From Ectothiorhodospiraceae bacterium (lineage in GTDB: Bacteria; Bacteroidota; Ignavibacteria; SZUA-365; GCA-2699105), in contig PABJ01000075.1 in the NCBI GenBank assembly GCA_002699105.1, positions 1 to 55,324 on the forward strand: 55,324 bases of DNA, written 5' to 3'. Position numbers and translations under genes: made by a program. The notes beneath the pieces are model-generated. The model worked only from the letters and a program-made list of their open reading frames with translations, did not search any database and was not told where the DNA came from. Below, piece by piece: positions 44,783 to 53,594 of the stretch. The first letter of the stretch is position 1. Each line of letters begins with the position of its first letter.

Positions 44783-46127
44783 AGCGGGATTCTCGATTAC
44801 GGACGATACGGATCGAGCGACATATCAACAAGTAAAAATTGTCTACGACCACCTCCGCGACATTGGGTTTCCGGTGACGAAGACGGTGTGGTCGTTCGAG
44901 CCTCAGGAGCCCTGCGGCGTACCCCCAATGCACGAAGAACGCGAGGAAACGGCGCTTCTCGTCCATGACGAGTACTTTCAATACTGCAAGCAGCTAGCAT
45001 CGGAAGGCTTCGAGATATGCTCCCATGGAGCGTCCGGCGGGAACAACCCGAGGGAGTTCACGCTCGAGTCGCTCGAGCTTTTGCAGCAGGAATTCGGCCA
45101 GACGGACACCTACATTCAGCACTCAAAAAACGCATGCAATCTCTACTATGAAGAGAAGGTAGCCAACGATCCGGTCTTCCGGTTTCTGTTGAAGCTCTAC
45201 TCGCGCAATAAGTGCTTCGGGGAGGTAGAAGGAAGTAAATACTTCTGGGGTGATGTTTGCCGCGAGAGGATAAAGCAGATCCGGCTGTTCCGCACACGGA
45301 ATACCAACACCCTTGCCGTCAATCCATCAATGCCGTATTACGATGCGAACAAACCTTACGTGCGCAGTTGGTTTGCTGCAACGAGGAGAGCTTTCGCGGA
45401 TTGCGCGACGAGCGATGCAATCGACAAGCTGAAGCGCGAGAACGGCCTTACTGTGCTGTACCAGTATCTTAGAAGCTATGCCGACCTGGATACGAACCGG
45501 GTGACCGATGAGTTCCATCAAGGCACAAAGCGGCTTGTGGATGACGGAGAAATCTGGCTCGCACCTGTTCGGGATACATTGGATCGCCTCCGTGCCATGC
45601 AGGGACTGTTCGTCGTGTATAGAGGATTAAACGCTTGGCTCGTCAACACAGGCGACGACATCGAAAAACTCCAGATGGTCATTCCTGAGGGCGTAGAAAT
45701 TGACTCCAGACATGTAGGATTACACCGCGCCGGAGATATCGTCGTTGTCAAGTCTGTGCCGGGCGGGAAGATCTCGCAGCTGGAGTTCTCCAAACCGCTT
45801 CGCTGGGAAGGCAGGGCCGTCCAGTTAGGAAAGAAGCGAAAGGCAATCTGCGATTTTGGGTTCGGGAAAATTTACGTCAATCTCGCTACGCGTGGATGGG
45901 ACACAGGGAATACCTTCGTCCCGCCCGGCGAATACAAATTGGAATTCAATCGCGGTTTGCGAGATATCCAGCCGCTTTCAAAGGCATCGTTTATTGAAGA
46001 GTACCGCATGATTCTGCACCAGATGTGGATTATCATGCGGCAGATATTATTTCGGGGCCGGTCGCTTAGCACGAAGAAGTATGTCAACCGGCAGATCGAC
46101 GATCAACTCATCCATGTCGGGTGGTAG
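44742..46127 (+). CDS. Hypothetical protein, 461 aa; no family recognised with confidence
   Basis: Long clean ORF that overlaps the methyltransferase stop by 41 nt. The N-terminal FSITDDTD and ICSHGASGG are faintly reminiscent of deacetylase-like barrels. The C-terminal ~190 aa looks beta-rich. No TM helix or signal peptide is seen. Confidence 0.55.
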   Translation: MRRAKVLWTPHPYKAGFSITDDTDRATYQQVKIVYDHLRDIGFPVTKTVWSFEPQEPCGVPPMHEEREETALLVHDEYFQYCKQLASEGFEICSHGASGGNNPREFTLESLELLQQEFGQTDTYIQHSKNACNLYYEEKVANDPVFRFLLKLYSRNKCFGEVEGSKYFWGDVCRERIKQIRLFRTRNTNTLAVNPSMPYYDANKPYVRSWFAATRRAFADCATSDAIDKLKRENGLTVLYQYLRSYADLDTNRVTDEFHQGTKRLVDDGEIWLAPVRDTLDRLRAMQGLFVVYRGLNAWLVNTGDDIEKLQMVIPEGVEIDSRHVGLHRAGDIVVVKSVPGGKISQLEFSKPLRWEGRAVQLGKKRKAICDFGFGKIYVNLATRGWDTGNTFVPPGEYKLEFNRGLRDIQPLSKASFIEEYRMILHQMWIIMRQILFRGRSLSTKKYVNRQIDDQLIHVGW

Positions 46128-46133
46128 AGGGTC

Positions 46134-47087
46134 GTGAAACCGAAGGATGTATCTTATAAGCCGGGAGTTGTGCAGTGGTTGCAGGCTGGCGATCCGGCTA
46201 TACGCTGGCAGGTTATGAGAGACATCCTGGGAGAGCCAAAGGCAGCGTATGAACCTGTCCGCACTATGATTGCAACCTCCGGCTGGGGCGCTCGTTTCCT
46301 AGCGCTGCAAGATGAAACGGGTACCTGGGCGAACGGCCTCTATGGTCCAAAGTGGACGTCGACAACGTACACAATGCTGCAACTGAGGCGGCTCGGCTTG
46401 GCGCAGGATAACCGGCAGGCAAAAAGCGCTTGTGAACTGCTCCTCAGCAAGGGCTTATACACCGACGGGGGAATCAACTATTTCAAATCGTTTAGTCACA
46501 GCGAGACTTGCGTTACGGCAATGGTGCTTTCCCTTGTTGCGTACTTCAGGCACTGGCTTTCGGATGCAAGGCCGCTGGTTGATTATCTCCTGCAGCAGCA
46601 GATGAACGACGGCGGCTGGAACTGCGATTCGTACAACGGAGCTACACATAGTTCCTTCCACACCACGATCTCTGCACTCGAGGGATTGCGCGAATGGGAA
46701 AGAGCCACCACCTATAGGCGAAATGAAATCCAGCAGAGCCGCAGCCGCGCGGTGGAGTTTCTGCTCGTGCACCGCCTGTGTAAATCGCATCGGACAGGGG
46801 AGGTGTTCGATCCTAAAATGACGAGGCTTTCTTTCCCGCCTCGATGGAAATACGATATTCTTCGCGTTCTTGATTTCTTCGCCGAATGCAACATTGCATA
46901 CGATGAGAGGATGAGCGATGCGTTTGCACTCATCCGGAAAAAGGAAGATGCCAAGGGCCGTTTGCCGCTGCAGCAGAAGTACTCCGGGCGGATATGGTTC
47001 GATATGGAGGAAGTCGGCAAGCCGAGCCGCTGGAACACCTTACGATGGCTCCGTGTCAAGAGGCGATATACCGGTGCGCTTCGATAA
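46134..47087 (+). CDS. Hypothetical protein, possibly an alpha/alpha-toroid (prenyltransferase / squalene-cyclase-like repeat) fold
   Basis: 317 aa with a GTG start 6 nt after the upstream stop. The fold guess rests on repeated Gly/Trp segments (SGWGARFLALQDETGTWANGLYGPKWTSTTY, LQQQMNDGGWNCDSYNG) and is unverified. Confidence 0.5.
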   Translation: MKPKDVSYKPGVVQWLQAGDPAIRWQVMRDILGEPKAAYEPVRTMIATSGWGARFLALQDETGTWANGLYGPKWTSTTYTMLQLRRLGLAQDNRQAKSACELLLSKGLYTDGGINYFKSFSHSETCVTAMVLSLVAYFRHWLSDARPLVDYLLQQQMNDGGWNCDSYNGATHSSFHTTISALEGLREWERATTYRRNEIQQSRSRAVEFLLVHRLCKSHRTGEVFDPKMTRLSFPPRWKYDILRVLDFFAECNIAYDERMSDAFALIRKKEDAKGRLPLQQKYSGRIWFDMEEVGKPSRWNTLRWLRVKRRYTGALR

Positions 47088-47140
47088 ACCTTCATCCGCT
47101 TCTCCGTGTTATCAGGGTATGTACTACGGAGACTCACCCT

Positions 47141-48568
47141 ATGAGCAATAATTACGAAAGGACATTGGTCTGGCTGCGCCGCGACCTTCGTCTCTACGAT
47201 AACCGTGCCTTGGCCGAAGCAGCAAGCCGGAGCGAATCCATTGCTATTTGCTTCGTCTTCGATACGAACATCATCGATAAGCTTCATGATAAAGACGACC
47301 GCCGACTCACGTTCATTCACGACTCGTTGGCGGAACTCGATGCAGCGCTGCGGAAACGCGGCTCTCAACTCATCGTTCGGCATGGCGACCCTGCCGATGA
47401 GATCCCGGCATTGGCAAAGGCTATCGGCGCAGAAGCGGTGCTTACGAACCACGACTACGACCGGTATCCGAAAGAACGCGATGCCGAGGTTCGTAAGCGG
47501 TTGGAAGAGGAAGGGAGAACCCTGCATACCTGTAAGGACCAGGTGGTGTTCGAACGCGACGAGATTCTGAACAACGCTGGCGAGCCGTATAAAGTGTTTA
47601 CACCTTACAAGAAAGCATGGCTTGCCCGTCTTCGAGAAACAGATTTCGCGGAGCTTGGTGAGAGCAAGGTTGATCTCAGTGGCATAGCTCCTGCAGAAGA
47701 GCTTGCCGCTCATTCGCACAGTTGGCAGCTTGAGGATTTGGGATTCACGCGGGGAAATTTATGGCTGAAAGCCGGGCAGAGCGCAGGCCGGGAAAGGCTC
47801 TGCGATTTTCTCGGTACCATCGACCGGTATAAGGATGAGCGCGACTTTCCCGCCAAGGATGCGACCTCTGGCCTTTCGGTGCATTTGCGGTTTGGGACTG
47901 TCTCCATCAGGGAGTGCTTCCGTGAGGCGATGAAACACGAGAGCAAAGGCAGGGAGACGTGGGTGAGCGAACTGATCTGGCGGGAGTTTTACCAGATGAT
48001 TCTGGATAGATTTCCGCACGTGCGGGACGAGGCGTTCAAACAGGAGTATAACGAGTTGGAGTGGGAAGGCGGCGAGGATCGCTTTGCCGCGTGGTGCGAA
48101 GGACGAACCGGCTACCCGCTCGTCGATGCCGCGATGCGGCATTTTAACGCTACCGGTTGGATGCATAACCGCCTCCGCATGGTGACGGCAATGTTCCTTG
48201 CGAAAGATCTGCTGGTAGACTGGCGCAGGGGCGAACGATACTTTGCCCGGTACCTGCTGGACTACGATTTTGCATCGAACAACGGCGGATGGCAATGGTG
48301 CGCTTCAACCGGTGTGGATGCACAGCCGTATTTCCGTGTGTTCAACCCCGTTCTACAGAGCAAAAAATTCGATCCCGATGGGACGTACATCCGAGAGCAT
48401 GTGCCCGAGATTCAGGGATTCGAGAAAGCTCTTATACACTGGCCGCACGATGCCGGCGAAATGGAGCAGGAAATGGCGAAGTGCAGCTTGGGAAAGGAAT
48501 ACCCTCACCCGATAGTCGATCACTTCGAGCAGAAAGAAAAAGCAATTGCGATGTTCAAGAGGGAGTGA
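47141..48568 (+). CDS. phrB: Deoxyribodipyrimidine photolyase / cryptochrome family flavoprotein
   Basis: ATG 47141 (MSNNYERTLVWLRRDLRLYDNRAL). The C-terminal FAD domain shows TGYPLVDAAMRHFNATGWMHNRLRMV and NNGGWQWCASTGVDAQPYFRVFNP. The track start at 46994 overlaps the upstream gene. Confidence 0.9.
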   Translation: MSNNYERTLVWLRRDLRLYDNRALAEAASRSESIAICFVFDTNIIDKLHDKDDRRLTFIHDSLAELDAALRKRGSQLIVRHGDPADEIPALAKAIGAEAVLTNHDYDRYPKERDAEVRKRLEEEGRTLHTCKDQVVFERDEILNNAGEPYKVFTPYKKAWLARLRETDFAELGESKVDLSGIAPAEELAAHSHSWQLEDLGFTRGNLWLKAGQSAGRERLCDFLGTIDRYKDERDFPAKDATSGLSVHLRFGTVSIRECFREAMKHESKGRETWVSELIWREFYQMILDRFPHVRDEAFKQEYNELEWEGGEDRFAAWCEGRTGYPLVDAAMRHFNATGWMHNRLRMVTAMFLAKDLLVDWRRGERYFARYLLDYDFASNNGGWQWCASTGVDAQPYFRVFNPVLQSKKFDPDGTYIREHVPEIQGFEKALIHWPHDAGEMEQEMAKCSLGKEYPHPIVDHFEQKEKAIAMFKRE

Positions 48569-48638
48569 ACTCTCTACGATAAATGACGAATTCCTCGTAA
48601 TTTACGGTAGTGGCTGTTTCATTCTTTCTGGAGCCGAC

Positions 48639-49385
48639 ATGAACCTGCAAATCCGCGACCAGTTCCTCAAGATGTGGGAACACTATTTCCCTGGCGCCGA
48701 CCTTCCACTTGTCTTTATGTACACCGATGAAGAACTCCCGGAGCAAGAACTCGGGGAGATGTGCGGGGATCACTGTATGATTTCCGAACTCAACAGCGCA
48801 TTGCAGGGAAAGACGCTGCAACTCGGGAAAGCGAATATCCGCTGTGCCGGCGGGAGGCGCTACTCAGGATTTTCCTCCTGGCTGCGCCCGGATTTCAGGA
48901 ACTTCCTCAGTCATGGCTCCACCTTGAAGGATGGCGAACGCTACAAAAAAGAGCCCGATCTTGTAGACGAAGTGCTGGAGTATTACCCACCTTTCGAAGC
49001 CCCGGGTAAAAACCTCGTGTGCAAACGTTGGGATACGCTCGACGAGGGCGACGATCCCAAGATCGTTTGTTTCCTGGCAACCCCCGATGTGCTTTCCGGT
49101 CTGTTTACGCTCGCGAACTACGACTCTCACGATATCAACGCAGTTGTAGCGCCGTTCGGCTCGGGGTGTGCCTCGATTCTCTATCAACCGCTGCGCGAGT
49201 CACAGAGTAAGCGTCCGAGAGCGGTTCTCGGTATGTTCGATGTCTCTGCACGGCCAAGCGTACCGCCCAACACGCTGAGCTTTTCGGTTCCTTTCGAGCG
49301 CTTCATCGAAATGCTTGAAAACTTCGAGGATAGCTTCCTCATCACAGATAGTTGGAACAGCGTCCGTTCGCGCTTATCCAAATAG
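48639..49385 (+). CDS. DUF169-like protein
   Basis: ATG 48639 (MNLQIRDQF), 248 aa. The layout resembles DUF169: early PLVFMYTDE, IRCAGGRRYSGF, KIVCFLATPDVLSGLFTLANY and FGSGCASI. The assignment is from memory only. Confidence 0.5.
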   Translation: MNLQIRDQFLKMWEHYFPGADLPLVFMYTDEELPEQELGEMCGDHCMISELNSALQGKTLQLGKANIRCAGGRRYSGFSSWLRPDFRNFLSHGSTLKDGERYKKEPDLVDEVLEYYPPFEAPGKNLVCKRWDTLDEGDDPKIVCFLATPDVLSGLFTLANYDSHDINAVVAPFGSGCASILYQPLRESQSKRPRAVLGMFDVSARPSVPPNTLSFSVPFERFIEMLENFEDSFLITDSWNSVRSRLSK

Positions 49386-49481
49386 CCAGCCGTACATGTT
49401 TTGCGTTGAAGCATTGCAGGATGCAGGACGTTCTGCACGCTTCCGCCTCTTGCTGATATAATTGATGTATCTACCCATACG

Positions 49482-51563
49482 ATGGACACCATGAAATCTT
49501 CTCTCAAGTATTTCCTGCTATGTTGTTGCCTGCTCGCTCTAGCCGGGCAGTATGCAGCGGCACAGGACGACTACGCTACTCTTATTTCCGATGCAACATC
49601 GGACGATTACCCCGATGCTGATATCGTTGTGCTCTTCGACAGCATGGAAGTCGACGTTCAGAAATCCGGATTGAGCTACGTTACCATGCATAAGCTCACC
49701 AAAATCCTGACGCCCAAAGGCGCGTTGGAAAATCGCACCGTGATTTACGGCTACGATCCTCTTTCCGCTGCAGTCGATGTGCGTTTGGTACGTATCCACC
49801 GGAAAGACGGTACCGTCGAGACACTCCCCGAAAGCCGGGTGTACGACTATCCAGCACCTGCACGCGCGATATACTGGGGCGCACGCGAAAAAGCCATCGA
49901 GATCGGAAGACTGGATCCCGGCGATGCAGTGGAAACAGTCGCATTCCGGAAAGGATTTACCTACGCACTGCTGGCTGAAAGCGAGATCGACGATGAGATG
50001 TTCATTCCACCGATGAAGGGGCATTTCTACGATATCGTAGAGTTCTGGTCTCCGGTACCCGTCAAAGAGAAGGTCTACCGCGTGTTCCTCCCGGAATCAA
50101 TGAAGCTTCAGTATGAAGTGTACAGCGGCGGCCTGCTTTCCTACGTCCACTACCCCCCGGAGAAGACGAACCGGTATACTGTCGATGTCAATCCACAGGC
50201 AAAAACAATGGATACGCCAGAGGATGATATTCATCCTACATCCACGATCGTGACGAAGCCCGGAAAGATTACCTACTGCTGGTACAAGCGCGATATTGAA
50301 CCGTTCAAGGGTGAAAAGAATATGGTATCTCATTCCAATGTTGCACCGAAGCTCCTGCTCAGCACCTCGCCCGACTGGTATGCAAAAGCAGTGTGGTTCC
50401 ATGGCGTGAACGAAGATTATCAGAGCTTCGCGGTGACACCCGAGGTGAAAGCAAAGGTAGATGAACTGCTCAAGGGTGTGACCGATGAGATGGAGAAAAT
50501 CTCGATACTGACGCACTGGGCAGCCGAAAACATCCGCTATTCCGGTATCTCCATGGGCGAAGGGGAAGGGTATACCCTCCACACAGGGGAGATGACGTTT
50601 GCCGATAGATGCGGTGTGTGCAAAGATAAAGCGAGCATGCTCATCACGATGCTGCGTGCGGCTGGATTCGAGTCTTACCCTGCAATGACAATGGCCGGCT
50701 CACGGATTGATCGCATACCCGCCGATCAGTTTAACCACAGTGTGACTGTTGTTCGGCGCAGTAATGGTAACTGGATGCTTCTGGACCCGACATGGGTACC
50801 GGGCGTTCGCGAACTTTGGTCCAGCGCAGAGCAGCAGCAAGGCTACCTGATGGGCGTACCGGGCGGTTCCGATCTGATGTACACGCCTGTTTCCCCATCG
50901 GAAAACCACTATTGGAAGCTGACGGGCGAAAGCACACTTGCAGCCGACGGCATGTTGACCGGTGAGTTTACGCTGGAAGCGGAAGGGCAGTCCGATGCAA
51001 CGATACGGCGCCTTTTCAATCGCTCGTACCGCAGCGCGATGGAGGAATATCTTCCCGAGGTACTGTATCGGATCTCGCCGAAAGCGGAAATCCTCGATCA
51101 CGAGATCTGGGAACCGTACGATATTTCGAAGCCGATGCGCATCTGGGTACGGTACCGTATTCCGGCGTATGCAGCAGTCGGTGGTGATAGGGCCCAGTTC
51201 ACACCGCTTCTCGCGCGCAACCTCTTCAGCCATTCATATATGACCCCGGAGTTCGGCACGGACACCTCGCTCACCGAAAGGAGCTACGGTTTCAGGATGC
51301 GGTGCTCCAAGCTTGTGGAGATCAACGAGAAAGTTGTGCTGCCGCCCGGTATGAAAGTCATCGCCGCACCGGAAACCCGGCAGGTAGATGGTGAATGGTC
51401 TACTTTGGATGCCTCCTACAGTCAAACGGGAAATATGCTGACATTCAAACTCGTGCACGACATGAAGAAACGCGTGTATGAGGCTGAGGATTGGCAGGAC
51501 TTCCGTGCTGCTCTTGTCGGGCGCATGCAGTTCACAGAATCACCCGTAACGTTGCAGCGGTAG
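49482..51563 (+). CDS. Secreted DUF3857 plus transglutaminase-like cysteine protease-fold protein; the catalytic triad appears intact
   Basis: Signal peptide (KYFLLCCCLLALAGQYAAAQ). The N-terminal region is DUF3857-like. The TGase core is CGVCKDKASMLITMLRAAGFESYPA ... FNHSVTVV ... WMLLDPTW, a Cys-His-Asp arrangement with the Cys codon at 50619-50621. Confidence 0.75.
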   Translation: MDTMKSSLKYFLLCCCLLALAGQYAAAQDDYATLISDATSDDYPDADIVVLFDSMEVDVQKSGLSYVTMHKLTKILTPKGALENRTVIYGYDPLSAAVDVRLVRIHRKDGTVETLPESRVYDYPAPARAIYWGAREKAIEIGRLDPGDAVETVAFRKGFTYALLAESEIDDEMFIPPMKGHFYDIVEFWSPVPVKEKVYRVFLPESMKLQYEVYSGGLLSYVHYPPEKTNRYTVDVNPQAKTMDTPEDDIHPTSTIVTKPGKITYCWYKRDIEPFKGEKNMVSHSNVAPKLLLSTSPDWYAKAVWFHGVNEDYQSFAVTPEVKAKVDELLKGVTDEMEKISILTHWAAENIRYSGISMGEGEGYTLHTGEMTFADRCGVCKDKASMLITMLRAAGFESYPAMTMAGSRIDRIPADQFNHSVTVVRRSNGNWMLLDPTWVPGVRELWSSAEQQQGYLMGVPGGSDLMYTPVSPSENHYWKLTGESTLAADGMLTGEFTLEAEGQSDATIRRLFNRSYRSAMEEYLPEVLYRISPKAEILDHEIWEPYDISKPMRIWVRYRIPAYAAVGGDRAQFTPLLARNLFSHSYMTPEFGTDTSLTERSYGFRMRCSKLVEINEKVVLPPGMKVIAAPETRQVDGEWSTLDASYSQTGNMLTFKLVHDMKKRVYEAEDWQDFRAALVGRMQFTESPVTLQR

Positions 51564-51572
51564 GAGGAACCC

Positions 51573-53375
51573 ATGAAGATCAGAACACACGTCGCAATCC
51601 TTATCGCTGTTGTCATACTTTCGGCGTCTGCCGTCGCACAGCAGAACCCGCAAGCCGATGCTGAATATCTCAACATGCGCTACGAGTACACATTGAGCCG
51701 GGACGGCTCAGTAACAATGACCTACAGTCATGCTCTAAAGCTGTATACAGGCTTCGCATTCACGCGCCAGTATGGTGAAACGTTTATCGTCTATAATCCG
51801 GAATGGCAGAGTCTGGAGGTCACCAAATCCACGACCGAAATGGCAGACGGGTCCATGGTAGAATCTCCGGCCAATGCATTCAACGAAGTGCTTCCGAGAT
51901 TTGCGCATAATATCACACCGTACCTGCATCTTCGCGAAATGGTCGTCACGCATACCGGCCTTGAACCGGATGCGACAATCAACCTGGAATACACGGTTAC
52001 AACCAAGCCGGGCTTCATCCCCGGTCTGATGGATCGAGTGCTTCTGGCACAACGAAGCCCGGTTCGGACGGCGGAGGTCGTTGTTCGTGTACCGGAAGGC
52101 ACACCTCTTCAGTACCAGTTACGCAATTATGGCGAGGCAGACCCGACGCAGAGCAAAGCCAACGGCTACGATGTGTACACCTGGATGCTGTCGGATATTC
52201 CGCTCGTTGCAGTGGAGGATCACCAGCCGTCGATGTGGGAATTCTGTCCGGTACTGGCCTTCAGTACGGCCAGTTTTGATGACATCGTGAAGCACGCTGC
52301 AGACCCGGCATCAGCCGACGAGATAACAGCGGTCATGGAACAGGGTGCGAAGGCCGCTGTGGAGGATGCAGCCGATGATATAGCGAAACTCTCCGCACTG
52401 CAAAAGTATCTGCATACACATGTCGCTACAATGGGCGGCGGTTTGGCGCATACGGGATACCTCCCGCAAACTGCAAAGCAAACGTTTGCGCGTGCCAGCG
52501 GTTCACCGCTCGATAAGGCAGTCCTCTTTGGCGCGCTCTGCAAAGCGGTCGGCGTCAAAGCAATCCCTGCATTGATCTCCGATTCACATGTTGGAGAAGG
52601 AGATCCCATCCCTTGTTTGGCTGAGTTCACACAAGCAGGAGTCCTCTATGAAGGCAAGGTCTTCGACGCATCCAGCGTGCAGCACACTCTGGCGGATGTT
52701 GATATAGACGGCCATGCATATCTCCCATTGCAGAGAGGCACTTCTCCTGTTATCTACCAGGCCGGGCGTCACAATGTCGTTACAAAGAGCGATTGGACGA
52801 TTACCGGTACCGGCCTACTCACCGGGCGGACAGCGGTCGAAGCGGCTGGTGCACCAGGATCGGAACTCAATCCGGAAGCATTCGGCAAGACGGCAGTGCG
52901 TAGGCTCTCAAAGGCAGGTTGGGGAGTAAAAGCATCGCTGGAAGATGCAGAGATGCGCGACGACGTGACGGAGTGTGAAGTGAAATTGGAATCCAAGAGT
53001 CCGTACAGCGCGAACGGCGGTCTCGTCCAATTCGCGTTGCCAGAACTCGGCTACATTGATGCGCTGCATGTTCAAACGACAAGTGCGAAGCGTACTACGC
53101 CCACCAACTTGAAGATTGCTGTCGAGGAAGAGCACCTCATGACGCTCCATCTCCCCGAGGGTATGAAACCGCTTCGGCTGCCTGCAGAGGTTGAGCTGTC
53201 GAACTCAGTTGGTTCGGTGACGAGCAAGTTCATCGACCACATTTCTGATATTGAAATTATCCGCAGGATATCTGTCCCAGCGAGAGTTTCACCAGAAAAC
53301 TACGGAGAGCTCAAGGCGTTGATTGATGTCTGGAACGACCCGCAACATCGCGGCTTTGTGCTGGAAGTTCAATAA
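51573..53375 (+). CDS. Secreted DUF3857-family paralog with a transglutaminase-like core that lacks the nucleophile Cys
   Basis: Signal peptide VAILIAVVILSASAVAQQ. It is collinear with the upstream gene, but the core reads SGSPLDKAVLFGALCKAVGVKAIPA, with Pro at 52506-52508 where the paralog has Cys. SD GGAGGA lies upstream and the gap is 9 nt. Confidence 0.65.
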   Translation: MKIRTHVAILIAVVILSASAVAQQNPQADAEYLNMRYEYTLSRDGSVTMTYSHALKLYTGFAFTRQYGETFIVYNPEWQSLEVTKSTTEMADGSMVESPANAFNEVLPRFAHNITPYLHLREMVVTHTGLEPDATINLEYTVTTKPGFIPGLMDRVLLAQRSPVRTAEVVVRVPEGTPLQYQLRNYGEADPTQSKANGYDVYTWMLSDIPLVAVEDHQPSMWEFCPVLAFSTASFDDIVKHAADPASADEITAVMEQGAKAAVEDAADDIAKLSALQKYLHTHVATMGGGLAHTGYLPQTAKQTFARASGSPLDKAVLFGALCKAVGVKAIPALISDSHVGEGDPIPCLAEFTQAGVLYEGKVFDASSVQHTLADVDIDGHAYLPLQRGTSPVIYQAGRHNVVTKSDWTITGTGLLTGRTAVEAAGAPGSELNPEAFGKTAVRRLSKAGWGVKASLEDAEMRDDVTECEVKLESKSPYSANGGLVQFALPELGYIDALHVQTTSAKRTTPTNLKIAVEEEHLMTLHLPEGMKPLRLPAEVELSNSVGSVTSKFIDHISDIEIIRRISVPARVSPENYGELKALIDVWNDPQHRGFVLEVQ

Positions 53376-53394
53376 CAGCGCTGCTCCGGAAATG

Positions 53395-53424
53395 AAAACG
53401 CCCCTCGTTGAGGGGCGTTTTCGT
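53395..53424 (+). terminator. Rho-independent terminator after the transglutaminase-like pair
   Basis: Stem aaaacgcccctc / gaggggcgtttt with a 3-nt loop, running into a T tract. Confidence 0.8.
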
Positions 53425-53594
53425 ATCAAGGATGGCACCACTAGCTTCTGTAAATACAAGGGGTTGCATACCATGCCAGATTGTTGTTTTCGTTGCGGTG
53501 ATGATTTCGAGCGTATAGTTGTTATAGTATGTGTATCCAACTCTCACTCTATTGATACAACATGTACGAGCAATGAATTAATGAAGAGGTATGT

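Noticed and set aside
46994-47140. 49-codon N-terminal extension of the photolyase ORF
   Set aside because: It would overlap the upstream gene by 94 nt and is non-homologous. ATG 47141 gives the canonical photolyase N-terminus (TLVWLRRDLRLYDN). Similar extensions were trimmed for the ORFs starting at 564, 14614, 20770, 42738, 48546 and 54859.
46712-47719. 335-aa minus-strand ORF spanning the toroid-like gene and the photolyase start
   Set aside because: It lies antisense to two plus-strand genes, including a clear photolyase N-terminus, and shows no motifs. It is a shadow ORF.
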